DNA from: Escherichia coli | Lineage (GTDB): Bacteria > Pseudomonadota > Gammaproteobacteria > Enterobacterales > Enterobacteriaceae | Length of the DNA: 64,000 bases | Reading direction: 5' to 3' (one strand) | Assembly (NCBI RefSeq): GCF_030384885.1 | Contig: NZ_CP128613.1 | In this document: piece after piece, positions 46,341-57,518 of the stretch | Layout of the letters: each line of letters starts with the position of its first letter | How positions within the stretch are numbered: the stretch's first letter is position 1 | Made by a program: the position numbers and the translations under genes | The notes under the pieces: generated by a model | The model's database searches: none | Told to the model about the DNA's origin: nothing | The model's input: only the letters and a program-made list of their open reading frames with translations

Positions 46341-46850
46341 ATGTCTTCCCGCAATAATCCGGCGCGTGTCGCCATCGTGATGGGGTCCAAAAGCGACTGG
46401 GCTACCATGCAGTTCGCCGCCGAAATCTTCGAAATCCTGAATGTCCCGCACCACGTTGAAGTGGTTTCTGCTCACCGCACCCCCGATAAACTGTTCAGCT
46501 TCGCCGAAAGTGCCGAAGAGAACGGTTATCAGGTGATTATTGCGGGCGCAGGCGGCGCAGCGCACCTGCCGGGCATGATTGCCGCCAAAACGCTGGTGCC
46601 AGTGCTGGGTGTGCCAGTACAGAGCGCCGCACTGAGCGGTGTCGATAGCCTCTACTCCATCGTACAAATGCCGCGCGGCATTCCGGTGGGTACGCTGGCG
46701 ATTGGTAAAGCTGGCGCGGCAAATGCGGCGTTACTGGCAGCACAAATTCTTGCGACTCATGATAAAGAACTGCACCAGCGTCTGAATGACTGGCGCAAAG
46801 CACAAACTGATGAAGTGCTGGAAAACCCGGACCCGCGAGGTGCGGCATGA
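46341..46850 (+). CDS. purE: N5-carboxyaminoimidazole ribonucleotide mutase
   Basis: ORF track 46314..46850; start placed at [20 protein letters not shown] (169 aa). Confidence 0.9.
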   Translation: MSSRNNPARVAIVMGSKSDWATMQFAAEIFEILNVPHHVEVVSAHRTPDKLFSFAESAEENGYQVIIAGAGGAAHLPGMIAAKTLVPVLGVPVQSAALSGVDSLYSIVQMPRGIPVGTLAIGKAGAANAALLAAQILATHDKELHQRLNDWRKAQTDEVLENPDPRGAA

Positions 46851-47914
46851 AACAGGTTTGCGTCCTCGGTAACGGGCAGTTAGGCCGTATGTTGCGCCAG
46901 GCAGGCGAACCGTTAGGCATTGCTGTCTGGCCGGTCGGGCTGGACGCTGAACCGGCGGCGGTGCCCTTTCAACAAAGCGTGATTACCGCTGAGATCGAAC
47001 GCTGGCCGGAAACCGCATTAACGCGCGAGTTGGCACGCCATCCAGCCTTTGTGAACCGCGATGTGTTCCCAATTATTGCCGACCGTCTGACTCAGAAGCA
47101 GCTTTTCGACAAGCTTCACCTGCCGACCGCACCGTGGCAGTTACTTGCCGATCGCAGTGAGTGGCCTGCGGTGTTTGATCGTTTAGGTGAACTGGCGATT
47201 GTTAAGCGTCGCACTGGTGGCTATGACGGTCGCGGTCAATGGCGTTTACGCGCCGATGAAACCGCACAGTTACCGACTGAATGCTACGGCGAATGTATTG
47301 TCGAGCAGGGCATTAACTTCTCTGGCGAAGTATCGCTGGTTGGCGCGCGCGGCTTTGATGGCAGCACTGTGTTTTATCCGCTGACGCATAACCTGCATCA
47401 GGACGGTATTTTGCGCACCAGCGTCGCTTTCCCGCAGGCCAACGCACAGCAGCAGGCGCAGGCCGAAGAGATGCTGTCGGCGATTATGCAGGAGCTGGGC
47501 TATGTTGGCGTGATGGCGATGGAGTGTTTTGTCACGCCGCAAGGTCTGCTGATCAACGAACTGGCTCCGCGTGTACATAACAGTGGTCACTGGACGCAAA
47601 ACGGTGCCAGCATCAGCCAGTTTGAGCTGCATCTGCGGGCGATTACCGATCTGCCGTTACCGCAACCGGTAGTGAATAGTCCGTCGGTGATGATCAACCT
47701 GATTGGTAGCGATGTGAATTATGACTGGCTGAAACTGCCGCTGGTGCATCTGCACTGGTACGACAAAGAAGTGCGTCCGGGCCGTAAAGTGGGGCATCTG
47801 AATTTGACCGACAGCGACACATCGCGTCTGACCGCGACGCTGGAAGCATTAATCCCGCTGCTGCCGCCGGAGTATGCCAGTGGCGTGATGTGGGCGCAGA
47901 GTAAGTTCAGTTAA
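46847..47914 (+). CDS. purK: N5-carboxyaminoimidazole ribonucleotide synthase
   Basis: 355-aa ATP-grasp ORF overlapping the purE stop. Confidence 0.9.
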   Translation: MKQVCVLGNGQLGRMLRQAGEPLGIAVWPVGLDAEPAAVPFQQSVITAEIERWPETALTRELARHPAFVNRDVFPIIADRLTQKQLFDKLHLPTAPWQLLADRSEWPAVFDRLGELAIVKRRTGGYDGRGQWRLRADETAQLPTECYGECIVEQGINFSGEVSLVGARGFDGSTVFYPLTHNLHQDGILRTSVAFPQANAQQQAQAEEMLSAIMQELGYVGVMAMECFVTPQGLLINELAPRVHNSGHWTQNGASISQFELHLRAITDLPLPQPVVNSPSVMINLIGSDVNYDWLKLPLVHLHWYDKEVRPGRKVGHLNLTDSDTSRLTATLEALIPLLPPEYASGVMWAQSKFS

Positions 47915-47942
47915 CCTGGTACTCATATTCCTGCCGGATGCG

Positions 47943-48140
47943 GCGTGAACGCCTTATCCGGCCTACTAATCCGGTACCCATTGTAGGCCTGATAAGACGC
48001 GTCAAGCGTCGCATCAGGCATGGTGCGCCGATTACCGGATGCGGCGTGAACGCCTTATCCGACTACCAATCCGGTACCCATTGTAGGCCTGATAAGACGC
48101 GTCAAGCGTCGCATCAGGCATGGTGCGCCATATGCTGGAT
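47943..48140. repeat. BIME: two tandem ~120-bp units each holding an inverted REP pair
   Basis: GCCGGATGCGGCGTGAACGCCTTATCCG...CCATTGTAGGCCTGATAAGACGCGTCAAGCGTCGCATCAGGCATGGTGCGCC occurs twice in tandem. Confidence 0.7.
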
Positions 48141-48147
48141 GCTCCCA

Positions 48148-49044
48148 TCACGACAGCGAAATACAGGTCCCCGCTTCGCCCGCCAGCGTCTCTTCAATCC
48201 GCGATAACGCCCCAATCCACGCAGGTTTACCACGGCTTCTGACATAGCCACTCACCGCCGTTACCTTCGGTCCCATCGCCCCATCGGCTTTGGCAAATGG
48301 CGCTAACTCATCCGGTGTGGCATGGCGAATGGCGCGTTGCTGCGGCGTTCCCCAGTTTTCATAAACCGCGTCAGCATCGGTGAGGATCACCAGTCCATCG
48401 GCATTAATCTGCTCGGCAAGCAACGCCGCGGCGAGATCTTTATCAATCACCGCTTCACTCCCTGCTCCGTCATCCGTCACCGGAACACCGCCGCCGCCAC
48501 TGCAAATCACCACATGCCCCTCTTTGAGCAACAACTCGATGGCTTCGCTGTCGAGAATTTTACGAGGCTGGGGAGATGCCACCACCCGGCGTAAATATTT
48601 GCCATCACGCTTCATTTTCCAGCCGTAAGCCGTTTCCAGTGCCTCTTGTTCTTCTGGCTGATAAACCGGGCCGATAAACTTCTCTGGCTGCAAAAACGCC
48701 GGATCATCAGACGAAACCTCAATGCGCGTCAGCACCGTCGTGACAGGCGGCATCTGCGGCTGTGCGCTCAAGCTCTGCGCCAGCATATAGCCAATCATCC
48801 CCTGGCTTTCCGCCACCAGCACATCCAGTGGATACGGTTCGACCTCTTTCCACGCCAGATTCTGTAACGCCAGCAGCCCCACCTGTGGCCCGTTGCCGTG
48901 AACAATCGCCAGCCGATAAGCACGCGCCAGGCGCGCCAGCGCGGGAACAGCACTGGCAATATTGCGATATTGATTTTCTGCCGTCAGCGCCTCACCGCGC
49001 TGGAGTAAGGCATTGCCCCCAAGAGCTACAACCAGTGTTTTCAT
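48148..49044 (-). CDS. ybcF: Carbamate kinase-like protein
   Basis: 298-aa [21 protein letters not shown]... with the amino-acid kinase fold signature. Confidence 0.85.
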   Translation of the reverse strand: MKTLVVALGGNALLQRGEALTAENQYRNIASAVPALARLARAYRLAIVHGNGPQVGLLALQNLAWKEVEPYPLDVLVAESQGMIGYMLAQSLSAQPQMPPVTTVLTRIEVSSDDPAFLQPEKFIGPVYQPEEQEALETAYGWKMKRDGKYLRRVVASPQPRKILDSEAIELLLKEGHVVICSGGGGVPVTDDGAGSEAVIDKDLAAALLAEQINADGLVILTDADAVYENWGTPQQRAIRHATPDELAPFAKADGAMGPKVTAVSGYVRSRGKPAWIGALSRIEETLAGEAGTCISLS

Positions 49045-49856
49045 GGTGTTCCTTGTAATAATTGTTGACCAAGCCAGAACCCCAGCAGCGTATCGGCCCC
49101 TGACGTATGCCCCAGCGCCAGCAGCGAATCAATCGCAACAGCGGTACGTTTCGGGCAACTCAGAGCATGAACAAAGTGCAGGAGTGGCGAGGCGAAATAT
49201 CCTTGCGCGGCATAACGCAAATAATTAACGCTCACCGCTGTGGTAACGAGTTGAAGATTGTCGGAACAGGCAAAAAACGGGCGACCGGAGCGCGCATCTA
49301 AAGCGCCATAATACCAGGCTGCCAGCAGCATTCCCGTTAGCGTGTCATCATGACTCGGCGTTAATCCCGGCCCTTTACCCAGCCAGTGCCGCCAGTCGGT
49401 CTTAACGCCATTGAGCGCGGCCTGAAAACAGTGACGAAACTGGCGTAATTCAGCAGGCAGCGGATCGCCTGCCGCCAACGCCAGCGGCCCGAAAAGCCCG
49501 GTTTCCTCCGCGCGTTGCATCCATGCCGCTGCAAGCGGTTGAGGATGCGCAGGCGGCGTAATACGCAGCAAACAATAACGCTGTGGCTGTTTAACCGTGA
49601 AACGCCCGAGGCGAATCCCTTGAGCTACAACCTGTGGTCGTTCATTGCCGCATAATCCACCGCATAACGCATCGAATTGCGCGCGGCGAAGCACCCATCC
49701 TCCGGGACCGAAACCACTTCCCTGACGATGTAGCGTTAACAGTTCGCCACTTTCCGTCAGCAGATTAATCGCTCGCCGCCAGATGCCCGCTAACCGCCAG
49801 GACTGGCGATAGTCTGGTGCACTACGGCTGGCAAGCAGAGGATGGATCATCGTCAT
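49041..49856 (-). CDS. ylbF: Uncharacterised protein YlbF
   Basis: ORF track 49041..49949; start placed at [16 protein letters not shown] (271 aa). Confidence 0.7.
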   Translation of the reverse strand: MTMIHPLLASRSAPDYRQSWRLAGIWRRAINLLTESGELLTLHRQGSGFGPGGWVLRRAQFDALCGGLCGNERPQVVAQGIRLGRFTVKQPQRYCLLRITPPAHPQPLAAAWMQRAEETGLFGPLALAAGDPLPAELRQFRHCFQAALNGVKTDWRHWLGKGPGLTPSHDDTLTGMLLAAWYYGALDARSGRPFFACSDNLQLVTTAVSVNYLRYAAQGYFASPLLHFVHALSCPKRTAVAIDSLLALGHTSGADTLLGFWLGQQLLQGTP

Positions 49857-49866
49857 TGCGCGTTCC

Positions 49867-51126
49867 TCAACCAATACCCATGCTTTCAGCCAGAGCTTCC
49901 AGCGCCTGTTCAAAGCACGCCAGCGGTGCCCGCACAGTGCCTGCACCAATCTGCCCGATACCCGCCTCTTTATGGGCGATACCCGTATTGATGAGTGGTG
50001 TAATGCCGGTTTCTACCACGCGACGAATATCCAGCCCCAGGCACGCGCCCTGGAAATCCCAGCCGGGGATCTGCAACTGCATATTGCGTTCAAGGAAGAT
50101 TTCCGCCATCTCTTCAGATACCGCTCTGGCTGCTTCCATACCACCCGCACCGACAAAGCGCGTTACGCCAGGGGCGGCGATCATTGCCGCACCACCGATA
50201 CCAAAGGTTTCGGTAATCGCGCTATCGCCCATATCCGGGTTCGCCTGCTCCTGCGAGAAGCCGGTGAAAAACAGACCTTGGGGAGTGTTTACAGGCGCAG
50301 TAAACCAGCGTTCGCCCAGCCCGCTGACCCGAATCCCGAACATATTGCCGTTGCGGGTCATAGCCGTGACGATGCTGCCTGCGCGGATCATCGCACCAGC
50401 ATCCATCGCCGCCTTGCAATAGGCCATCGCGAGGTTAAGGAAGAACTGATCGGTCACGCTGAGGAAATCCATCACTTCCGCAATGTGCTGTTTATCATGA
50501 TCGAGGCGAGCAATTTGTGGGGCCAGCGCACGCATTAACAGTGCTGAGGAAGCAATATTGCGTTGATGGAATTCATCGCCCATCGTAATGCCCTGCGCCA
50601 TCATCGCGGTGAGATCGATACCGCGCTCCATGCGCCCCAGCGCCGCGCTTAATACCGGCATTAACACATCACGCATCCAGCGATGGCGAGTCAGGACATC
50701 TTCGCCGTAAGCGCCAAAACGCATCACTTTACCGATACCTTCGTTGAGGTTGCAGTACGCCCGGTTACCGTCGGTCACGTTCTCGACCACCAGCATCGGC
50801 ATACTGGCAGAAGTAATGCCGCCCATTGGCCCGACAGCATTCACATGATGACAAGGAATGAAGTTCACTTCCCCTTGTTCCAGCATCGTCAGTGCCTGCG
50901 CTTCATCTTTCGCCCAGCCTTCAAACAAACACGCGCCCACGCATGCCCCTTTCATGGGCCCGGTCATCTCCTGCCAGCGCATCGGCGGCCCGGCGTGAAG
51001 CAGTGTTTTACCCTGATTTAATTCATTAATGAGTGAAGAAGCCGGTTGCACATCCAGCCAGTGTGGACGAGCGCGACGAATTTGTTCGATAACCGCAGCA
51101 TTGGCTTGCGCCACTGATGTAAACAT
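49867..51126 (-). CDS. ylbE: DUF1116-family protein YlbE (intact here)
   Basis: Uninterrupted 419-aa ORF. Confidence 0.8.
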   Translation of the reverse strand: MFTSVAQANAAVIEQIRRARPHWLDVQPASSLINELNQGKTLLHAGPPMRWQEMTGPMKGACVGACLFEGWAKDEAQALTMLEQGEVNFIPCHHVNAVGPMGGITSASMPMLVVENVTDGNRAYCNLNEGIGKVMRFGAYGEDVLTRHRWMRDVLMPVLSAALGRMERGIDLTAMMAQGITMGDEFHQRNIASSALLMRALAPQIARLDHDKQHIAEVMDFLSVTDQFFLNLAMAYCKAAMDAGAMIRAGSIVTAMTRNGNMFGIRVSGLGERWFTAPVNTPQGLFFTGFSQEQANPDMGDSAITETFGIGGAAMIAAPGVTRFVGAGGMEAARAVSEEMAEIFLERNMQLQIPGWDFQGACLGLDIRRVVETGITPLINTGIAHKEAGIGQIGAGTVRAPLACFEQALEALAESMGIG

Positions 51127-51135
51127 GGGAACCCC

Positions 51136-52803
51136 TTATTGCAAACGTTCTAATAAACGAGCCAGTTTTTTATTGCCGCCGGCGACTGGTGACCATTGGT
51201 AATGCACAACCGGTTTGCTGGCGCTTTGTAGTTCCAGCGCAAAGCTGCGTAACCCGATGTTAATCACGGCGACGTTTTCCAGTAGTGACGGTGTGTGTTG
51301 CTGTGTGGCAGGCGAGAGCGGATGAATTAACGCCGCCGCCAGCAAGGTGGCTTCCGGCAGCGAACTCACTACCGCGATCCCTGCATCTTCCAGCGTGGCG
51401 ATTTGCTGCGAGCGGCATTGCGGGTCACGTTCAGTGCCTGTCACTGTGGCAATGGCATACAGTGGTTGATTGTCTGAACGCACGGCACAGGCTTTTTGCC
51501 AGGCGCTTACCAGCGAGGCTGCAGGATCGGTGGTCGCACCGAAGCCAATCACCACATCAAGCAGCAATACGCGCACTTGCGCTTTAGCGCCGAGATCGGC
51601 AATTAACTGGTTGCGTAAGGTTGGGTCGATCATCGGATGGGGACGCCCGACGGTGTAGAAATCATCGCCGAGGTCAATGATCTGGTGACCATCGGCGTCC
51701 AGCATCATGCCGTGATGATGGGTATCGTCGGCTACCACGCCAAGATGCGCGGCAAGTAATCCCGCCGCTTCGGCGGCTAACGTACCGCCGGTATACAAGC
51801 CGCAAATAAATCCGCTGCTGGCAGGCGCTATCGCGTTACGTCGCGCCGTAACGCGTGAAAGCAGGCAAGCCAGGCGCGCAGCCTCATCCAGCGAGGAGGC
51901 AAACCAAACATTCTCGTCGCGAGCCACCGCCGGGATATAACCTAAAAACAGCGCCACCGTCGGTTTGCCGGTTGCTTTCATGGCATTAACAATTTTCAGA
52001 CGCACAGCTTCGGCAGGCGGTTTTGAAACAAATGCCAGCACTTCGCTTTTCGCATCGGTGCTTAACATTTCCAGCGCCGTTAGCGCACTGATGCCGCCCA
52101 CTTCACGGCTGAGATCGCGCCCGCCAAGACCAATCGCGTGAGTAATTCCCTCACCTGCCAGCGCAATCTGTGAGCACAGCTCCTGAATCCCGGTACCGGA
52201 AGCGCCAATGACGCCAATGTTGCCTTCCGGCATCACGTTAGCAAAAGCCAGCGGCGTGGCGGCAATCATCGACGTACCGCAGTCTGGCCCCATCACCAGC
52301 AAGCCTTTTTCCCGTGCGCGGGTTTTAAGTTGGATTTCATCTTCCAGCGTGACGTTATCGGAGAACATCATCACGTTGAGGTTGCGATCCAGCGCCTGAT
52401 TCGCCAATTCCGCCGCATACTCTCCAGCCACTGAAATCAGCGCCAGATTGGCATTGGGTAATTTCTGACTGGCACTATCCCAGCGACGCACCTGCGTCAA
52501 CGCCTGGCTGCTTCCTGTACCCTGTGCCAGTTGTTTTAGCGCCTCTTCAAGCTGCCGCATAATCGCCTGCGCGATCCCTGCATCCGCCGCTTCGCTACGA
52601 ATCGCCACGCAAATATCGTTCGGCGTGGCGTGATTAAAATCGTCATGCCAGAAACCTGTAGTCTCTAATAACGCTTTATTGGCGGGCGTACCCATCATTA
52701 CGGAAACATCATCAACATTTTCTGATTCGCTGAGTTTTCGTGAAATAATCATTAAACTGACCGAATCCTGAAAACACCCTTTTTTAATAAAGGCGTGGAT
52801 CAT
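51136..52803 (-). CDS. fdrA: FdrA (acyl-CoA synthetase-like, CoA-binding fold)
   Basis: 555-aa ORF MIHAFIKKGCFQDSVSLMIISRKL... recognised as FdrA. Confidence 0.85.
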   Translation of the reverse strand: MIHAFIKKGCFQDSVSLMIISRKLSESENVDDVSVMMGTPANKALLETTGFWHDDFNHATPNDICVAIRSEAADAGIAQAIMRQLEEALKQLAQGTGSSQALTQVRRWDSASQKLPNANLALISVAGEYAAELANQALDRNLNVMMFSDNVTLEDEIQLKTRAREKGLLVMGPDCGTSMIAATPLAFANVMPEGNIGVIGASGTGIQELCSQIALAGEGITHAIGLGGRDLSREVGGISALTALEMLSTDAKSEVLAFVSKPPAEAVRLKIVNAMKATGKPTVALFLGYIPAVARDENVWFASSLDEAARLACLLSRVTARRNAIAPASSGFICGLYTGGTLAAEAAGLLAAHLGVVADDTHHHGMMLDADGHQIIDLGDDFYTVGRPHPMIDPTLRNQLIADLGAKAQVRVLLLDVVIGFGATTDPAASLVSAWQKACAVRSDNQPLYAIATVTGTERDPQCRSQQIATLEDAGIAVVSSLPEATLLAAALIHPLSPATQQHTPSLLENVAVINIGLRSFALELQSASKPVVHYQWSPVAGGNKKLARLLERLQ

Positions 52804-53119
52804 AACAACTCCTTAAAAATTGCACCCATGGCAATTGCACGAGCAGTGTTAATGTGGCGATTACGGTATAGATGACAACGAGTAAATAAGGTGATGAATA
52901 TCACACAGACATTATTAACAAAAGAATTCAAATAACCGCCAGACTATTACGCGTTATTTTTTAATAAGCATAGTTGTTTTAAAAACTAGGTTAAAAGCGA
53001 GCGGATTATCAAATAAATTCTAACTATATTTTTTTGCCTGTCTGGATCACATAATCCAGATATTTTCCCTGTATGTTAATTGCAGTCATGCTTCACACCG
53101 TCGTTAAAAAGGAAGACAG

Positions 53120-54169
53120 ATGAAAATCAGTCGGGAAACACTCCACCAGCTAATCGAGAATAAACTCTGTCAGGCTGGGTTAAAACGTGAGCACGCTGCA
53201 ACCGTGGCTGAAGTATTGGTTTACGCCGATGCCAGAGGGATCCACTCTCATGGCGCGGTGCGCGTTGAATACTACGCAGAGCGCATATCAAAAGGCGGCA
53301 CCAACCGCGAACCAGAGTTTCGTCTTGAAGAAACCGGACCGTGCTCGGCAATTTTACATGCCGACAATGCCGCCGGACAGGTCGCGGCAAAAATGGGTAT
53401 GGAACATGCCATCAAAACCGCCCAGCAAAAAGGCGTTGCGGTGGTCGGTATCAGCCGGATGGGTCACAGCGGCGCAATCTCTTATTTTGTGCAGCAGGCA
53501 GCCCGCGCCGGATTGATTGGCATTTCGATGTGCCAGTCCGATCCAATGGTGGTGCCGTTTGGCGGCGCGGAAATTTACTACGGCACTAACCCACTGGCCT
53601 TTGCCGCGCCGGGAGAAGGCGACGAGATTCTTACTTTTGATATGGCGACTACCGTACAGGCATGGGGAAAAGTGCTCGACGCCCGCTCGCGTAATATGTC
53701 TATCCCGGATACTTGGGCGGTCGATAAAAACGGTGCACCAACAACCGATCCGTTCGCGGTACATGCTCTGCTCCCCGCCGCAGGGCCAAAAGGATATGGC
53801 CTGATGATGATGATTGACGTCCTCTCAGGCGTCTTACTCGGCTTACCGTTCGGGCGTCAGGTCAGTTCGATGTATGACGATTTACACTCCGGACGTAATT
53901 TGGGGCAATTACATGTAGTTATTAATCCGAACTTTTTCTCCCTCAGCGAATTATTCCGTCAACATCTTAGCCAGACCATGCGCGAATTAAATGCCATTAC
54001 CCCCGCGCCCGGTTTTAACCAGGTTTATTATCCCGGACAGGATCAGGATATTAAACAACGCAAAGCCGCCGTCGAAGGCATCGAAATTGTTGATGATATT
54101 TACCAGTATTTAATTTCCGACGCGCTTTATAACACGTCATACGAAACGAAAAATCCCTTTGCGCAATAA
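53120..54169 (+). CDS. allD: Ureidoglycolate dehydrogenase
   Basis: 349-aa ORF recognised as AllD; first gene of the allDCE operon, divergent from fdrA. Confidence 0.9.
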   Translation: MKISRETLHQLIENKLCQAGLKREHAATVAEVLVYADARGIHSHGAVRVEYYAERISKGGTNREPEFRLEETGPCSAILHADNAAGQVAAKMGMEHAIKTAQQKGVAVVGISRMGHSGAISYFVQQAARAGLIGISMCQSDPMVVPFGGAEIYYGTNPLAFAAPGEGDEILTFDMATTVQAWGKVLDARSRNMSIPDTWAVDKNGAPTTDPFAVHALLPAAGPKGYGLMMMIDVLSGVLLGLPFGRQVSSMYDDLHSGRNLGQLHVVINPNFFSLSELFRQHLSQTMRELNAITPAPGFNQVYYPGQDQDIKQRKAAVEGIEIVDDIYQYLISDALYNTSYETKNPFAQ

Positions 54170-54190
54170 TTGTTGAGACAGGACTTTCTT

Positions 54191-55426
54191 ATGATTACAC
54201 ATTTCCGTCAAGCCATAGAAGAAACGCTGCCCTGGCTTTCCTCTTTTGGCGCTGACCCAACGGGTGGAATGACCCGTTTACTTTATTCGCCGGAGTGGCT
54301 GGAAACCCAGCAGCAATTTAAAAAAAGAATGGCAGCAAGTGGGCTGGAAACACGTTTCGATGAAGTGGGGAATTTATACGGCCGCCTGAACGGCAGCGAA
54401 TACCCCCAGGAAGTGATTCTGAGCGGTTCGCATATTGATACCGTGGTTAACGGCGGTAACCTCGACGGACAATTCGGCGCACTGGCGGCGTGGCTGGCGA
54501 TTGACTGGCTGAAAACGCAATACGGCGCGCCGCTGCGAACGGTCGAAGTGGTGGCAATGGCGGAAGAAGAAGGCAGCCGCTTCCCGTATGTCTTCTGGGG
54601 CAGTAAAAATATCTTTGGGCTGGCGAATCCTGACGACGTGCGGAATATCTGTGATGCCAAAGGAAATAGTTTTGTCGATGCAATGAAGGCTTGCGGATTT
54701 ACACTGCCGAACGCCCCACTAACTCCGCGTCAGGATATTAAAGCCTTTGTCGAACTGCATATCGAACAGGGTTGTGTGCTGGAAAGTAATGGTCAGTCAA
54801 TTGGCGTGGTGAATGCAATTGTCGGGCAACGTCGCTATACGGTGACGCTGAACGGCGAATCAAACCATGCAGGCACCACGCCGATGGGTTATCGTCGTGA
54901 TACGGTTTACGCTTTCAGTCGCATTTGCCATCAGTCAGTTGAGAAAGCGAAAAAGATGGGCGATCCGCTGGTGCTGACCTTTGGCAAGGTGGAGCCGCGC
55001 CCGAATACGGTGAATGTAGTGCCGGGTAAAACCAAGTTCACTATTGATTGTCGTCATACCGACACTGCCGTGTTGCGCGATTTTACCCAACAGTTAGAAA
55101 ACGACATGCGGGCGATTTGCGATGAAATGGACATTGGTATTGATATCGATTTATGGATGGACGAAGAACCCGTGCCGATGAACAAGGAGCTTGTCGCCAC
55201 CCTGACAGAATTGTGTGAAAGCGAAAAACTGAATTATCGGGTAATGCACAGTGGTGCCGGGCACGACGCACAAATTTTCGCGCCTCGCGTGCCGACCTGC
55301 ATGATTTTCATTCCCAGCATCAACGGGATCAGCCATAACCCGGCGGAACGCACCAATATTACCGACCTTGCCGAAGGGGTCAAAACGTTGGCACTCATGC
55401 TTTATCAACTTGCCTGGCAGAAATAA
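54191..55426 (+). CDS. allC: Allantoate amidohydrolase
   Basis: ORF track 54170..55426; start placed at MITHFRQAIEETLPWL (411 aa); M20-family peptidase fold. Confidence 0.9.
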   Translation: MITHFRQAIEETLPWLSSFGADPTGGMTRLLYSPEWLETQQQFKKRMAASGLETRFDEVGNLYGRLNGSEYPQEVILSGSHIDTVVNGGNLDGQFGALAAWLAIDWLKTQYGAPLRTVEVVAMAEEEGSRFPYVFWGSKNIFGLANPDDVRNICDAKGNSFVDAMKACGFTLPNAPLTPRQDIKAFVELHIEQGCVLESNGQSIGVVNAIVGQRRYTVTLNGESNHAGTTPMGYRRDTVYAFSRICHQSVEKAKKMGDPLVLTFGKVEPRPNTVNVVPGKTKFTIDCRHTDTAVLRDFTQQLENDMRAICDEMDIGIDIDLWMDEEPVPMNKELVATLTELCESEKLNYRVMHSGAGHDAQIFAPRVPTCMIFIPSINGISHNPAERTNITDLAEGVKTLALMLYQLAWQK

Positions 55427-55436
55427 GGAGTTATAA

Positions 55437-56222
55437 ATGGGATATTTAAATAACGTCACCGGTTACCGCGATGATTTACTGGCTAACCGTGCGATTGTTA
55501 AACACGGTAATTTCGCGCTGCTAACCCCGGACGGTCTGGTAAAAAATATTATTCCGGGCTTTGAAAATTGTGACGCGACAATCCTCTCCACGCCAAAGCT
55601 GGGGGCCTCTTTTGTTGATTATCTGGTCACACTGCATCAAAACGGCGGCAACCAACAGGGCTTCGGTGGTGAAGGAATTGAAACGTTCCTGTATGTGATC
55701 TCTGGAAATATCACTGCCAAAGCCGAAGGGAAAACATTTACCTTAAGCGAAGGTGGTTATCTTTATTGCCCGCCAGGCTCCTTAATGACGTTTGTTAACG
55801 CCCAGGCCGAAGACAGCCAAATCTTTTTATATAAGCGTCGCTATGTTCCGGTAGAAGGTCATGCGCCGTGGCTGGTTTCTGGCAATGCCAGCGAACTGGA
55901 ACGCATTCATTATGAAGGCATGGACGATGTTATTCTGCTGGATTTTCTGCCCAAAGAGTTAGGTTTTGATATGAACATGCATATCCTCTCTTTTGCGCCA
56001 GGTGCCAGCCACGGTTATATCGAAACTCACGTTCAGGAACACGGTGCCTATATTCTTTCCGGTCAGGGGGTTTATAACCTCGACAATAACTGGATCCCGG
56101 TGAAAAAAGGCGATTACATCTTTATGGGCGCTTATTCCTTACAGGCCGGTTATGGCGTAGGGCGTGGTGAAGCGTTTAGTTATATTTATTCGAAGGATTG
56201 TAACCGCGACGTTGAGATTTAA
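55437..56222 (+). CDS. allE: (S)-ureidoglycine aminohydrolase (cupin)
   Basis: 261-aa ORF, third gene of the allDCE operon (ylbA). Confidence 0.9.
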   Translation: MGYLNNVTGYRDDLLANRAIVKHGNFALLTPDGLVKNIIPGFENCDATILSTPKLGASFVDYLVTLHQNGGNQQGFGGEGIETFLYVISGNITAKAEGKTFTLSEGGYLYCPPGSLMTFVNAQAEDSQIFLYKRRYVPVEGHAPWLVSGNASELERIHYEGMDDVILLDFLPKELGFDMNMHILSFAPGASHGYIETHVQEHGAYILSGQGVYNLDNNWIPVKKGDYIFMGAYSLQAGYGVGRGEAFSYIYSKDCNRDVEI

Positions 56223-56264
56223 GTCATACCACACGCCTGATTATTTTTAGCTATGTTGGATTTT

Positions 56265-56292
56265 GCCACGGTTTATACCGTGGCTTTTTTTG
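56265..56292 (+). terminator. Rho-independent terminator after allE
   Basis: Hairpin GCCACGGTTTATACCGTGGC followed by TTTTTTT. Confidence 0.6.
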
Positions 56293-56305
56293 TAGTCAAT
56301 TCAGG

Positions 56306-56333
56306 TAAAAAAAAGATGCGATATAAATCGCAT
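56306..56333 (-). terminator. Rho-independent terminator after glxK
   Basis: Hairpin GATGCGATATAAATCGCATC preceded on the forward strand by an A8 run (a T-run on the minus strand). Confidence 0.6.
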
Positions 56334-56351
56334 CCGCTTTAAAGGTAAGAG

Positions 56352-57497
56352 TCAGTTTTTAATTCCCTGACCTATTTTAATGGCGCAGGCAATATTTCGC
56401 GCACTGTTGAAGAGATTGGTTTCACCGCTGGCGAGCACTTCGGCTAAAGGTGCCAGACGTGGCAAAATGCTGAATACCGCGTCAATGCCGTACTGGTGCA
56501 CCACTTCCACGCCATCACCCAATACGCCAGCAATCCCAATCACCGGTACATTAAACTGCTTCGCCACCGATGCCACACCCAGCGGCGCTTTACCGCCTGC
56601 CGTTTGCGAGTCGATGCGCCCTTCCCCGGTGATCACCAGTGCTGCACCCTGCACCGCGTGCGCAAGATTGACCGCATTCAACACAATCTCAATACCCGGT
56701 TTAATATCCGCATTGAGGAATACCGCCGCCGCAATGCCCATGCCTCCGGCAGCACCGCCGCCCGCCATCTGGCAGACGTTGATTTCAGTTAGCTGTTGTA
56801 AAACACGGGCGTAATTTTGCAGCCCCTGTTCCAGCTCTTCGACCATTTCTGGCGTTGCCCCTTTTTGCGGGCCAAACACCGCCGCCGCGCCGCGTGCCCC
56901 TACCAACGGATTATCTACATCGCACGCTACTTCAATATGGCAGTTCGCCAGGCGCGGATCGCATTCATCCATCTCAATGCTTGCCACGCGCGCTAAATTG
57001 CCACCGTTAGCCGCCAGCGCCTGACCGTCGGCATCAAGGAAACTCGCACCAAGCGCCTGCGCCATGCCCATACCGCCGTCGACCGTCGCGCTACCACCAA
57101 TGCCGAGAATAATATGGCGAATACCGTTATCCAGCGCATGACGAATCAGCTCGCCAGTGCCATAACTTGACGCCAGCAACGGATTACGCTTTTCAGGTTC
57201 GACCAGCATCAGGCCACTTGCCGCCGCCATCTCAATCACCGCCGTTTTCCCGTCGCCGGTAATGCCATAAAAAGCATTCACTTTTTCGCCCATCGGTCCA
57301 CAGACTTCAAGCGTCACGATTTTGCCGCCCGTCGCGGCGACCATCGCCTCCACCGTCCCTTCGCCGCCATCCGCTATCGGCAAACAGATATAGTGCGCAT
57401 CGGGAAATATGGTCGAAAACCCGGCTTTAATTGCCTGACAACATTTTTCTGCACTTAAGCTCTCTTTAAACGAGTCTGGCGCAATGACAATCTTCAT
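56352..57497 (-). CDS. glxK: Glycerate 2-kinase
   Basis: ORF track 56352..57503; start placed at [18 protein letters not shown] (381 aa). Confidence 0.9.
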   Translation of the reverse strand: MKIVIAPDSFKESLSAEKCCQAIKAGFSTIFPDAHYICLPIADGGEGTVEAMVAATGGKIVTLEVCGPMGEKVNAFYGITGDGKTAVIEMAAASGLMLVEPEKRNPLLASSYGTGELIRHALDNGIRHIILGIGGSATVDGGMGMAQALGASFLDADGQALAANGGNLARVASIEMDECDPRLANCHIEVACDVDNPLVGARGAAAVFGPQKGATPEMVEELEQGLQNYARVLQQLTEINVCQMAGGGAAGGMGIAAAVFLNADIKPGIEIVLNAVNLAHAVQGAALVITGEGRIDSQTAGGKAPLGVASVAKQFNVPVIGIAGVLGDGVEVVHQYGIDAVFSILPRLAPLAEVLASGETNLFNSARNIACAIKIGQGIKN

Positions 57498-57518
57498 TAT
57501 CAATCCTTTTTCAACAAA

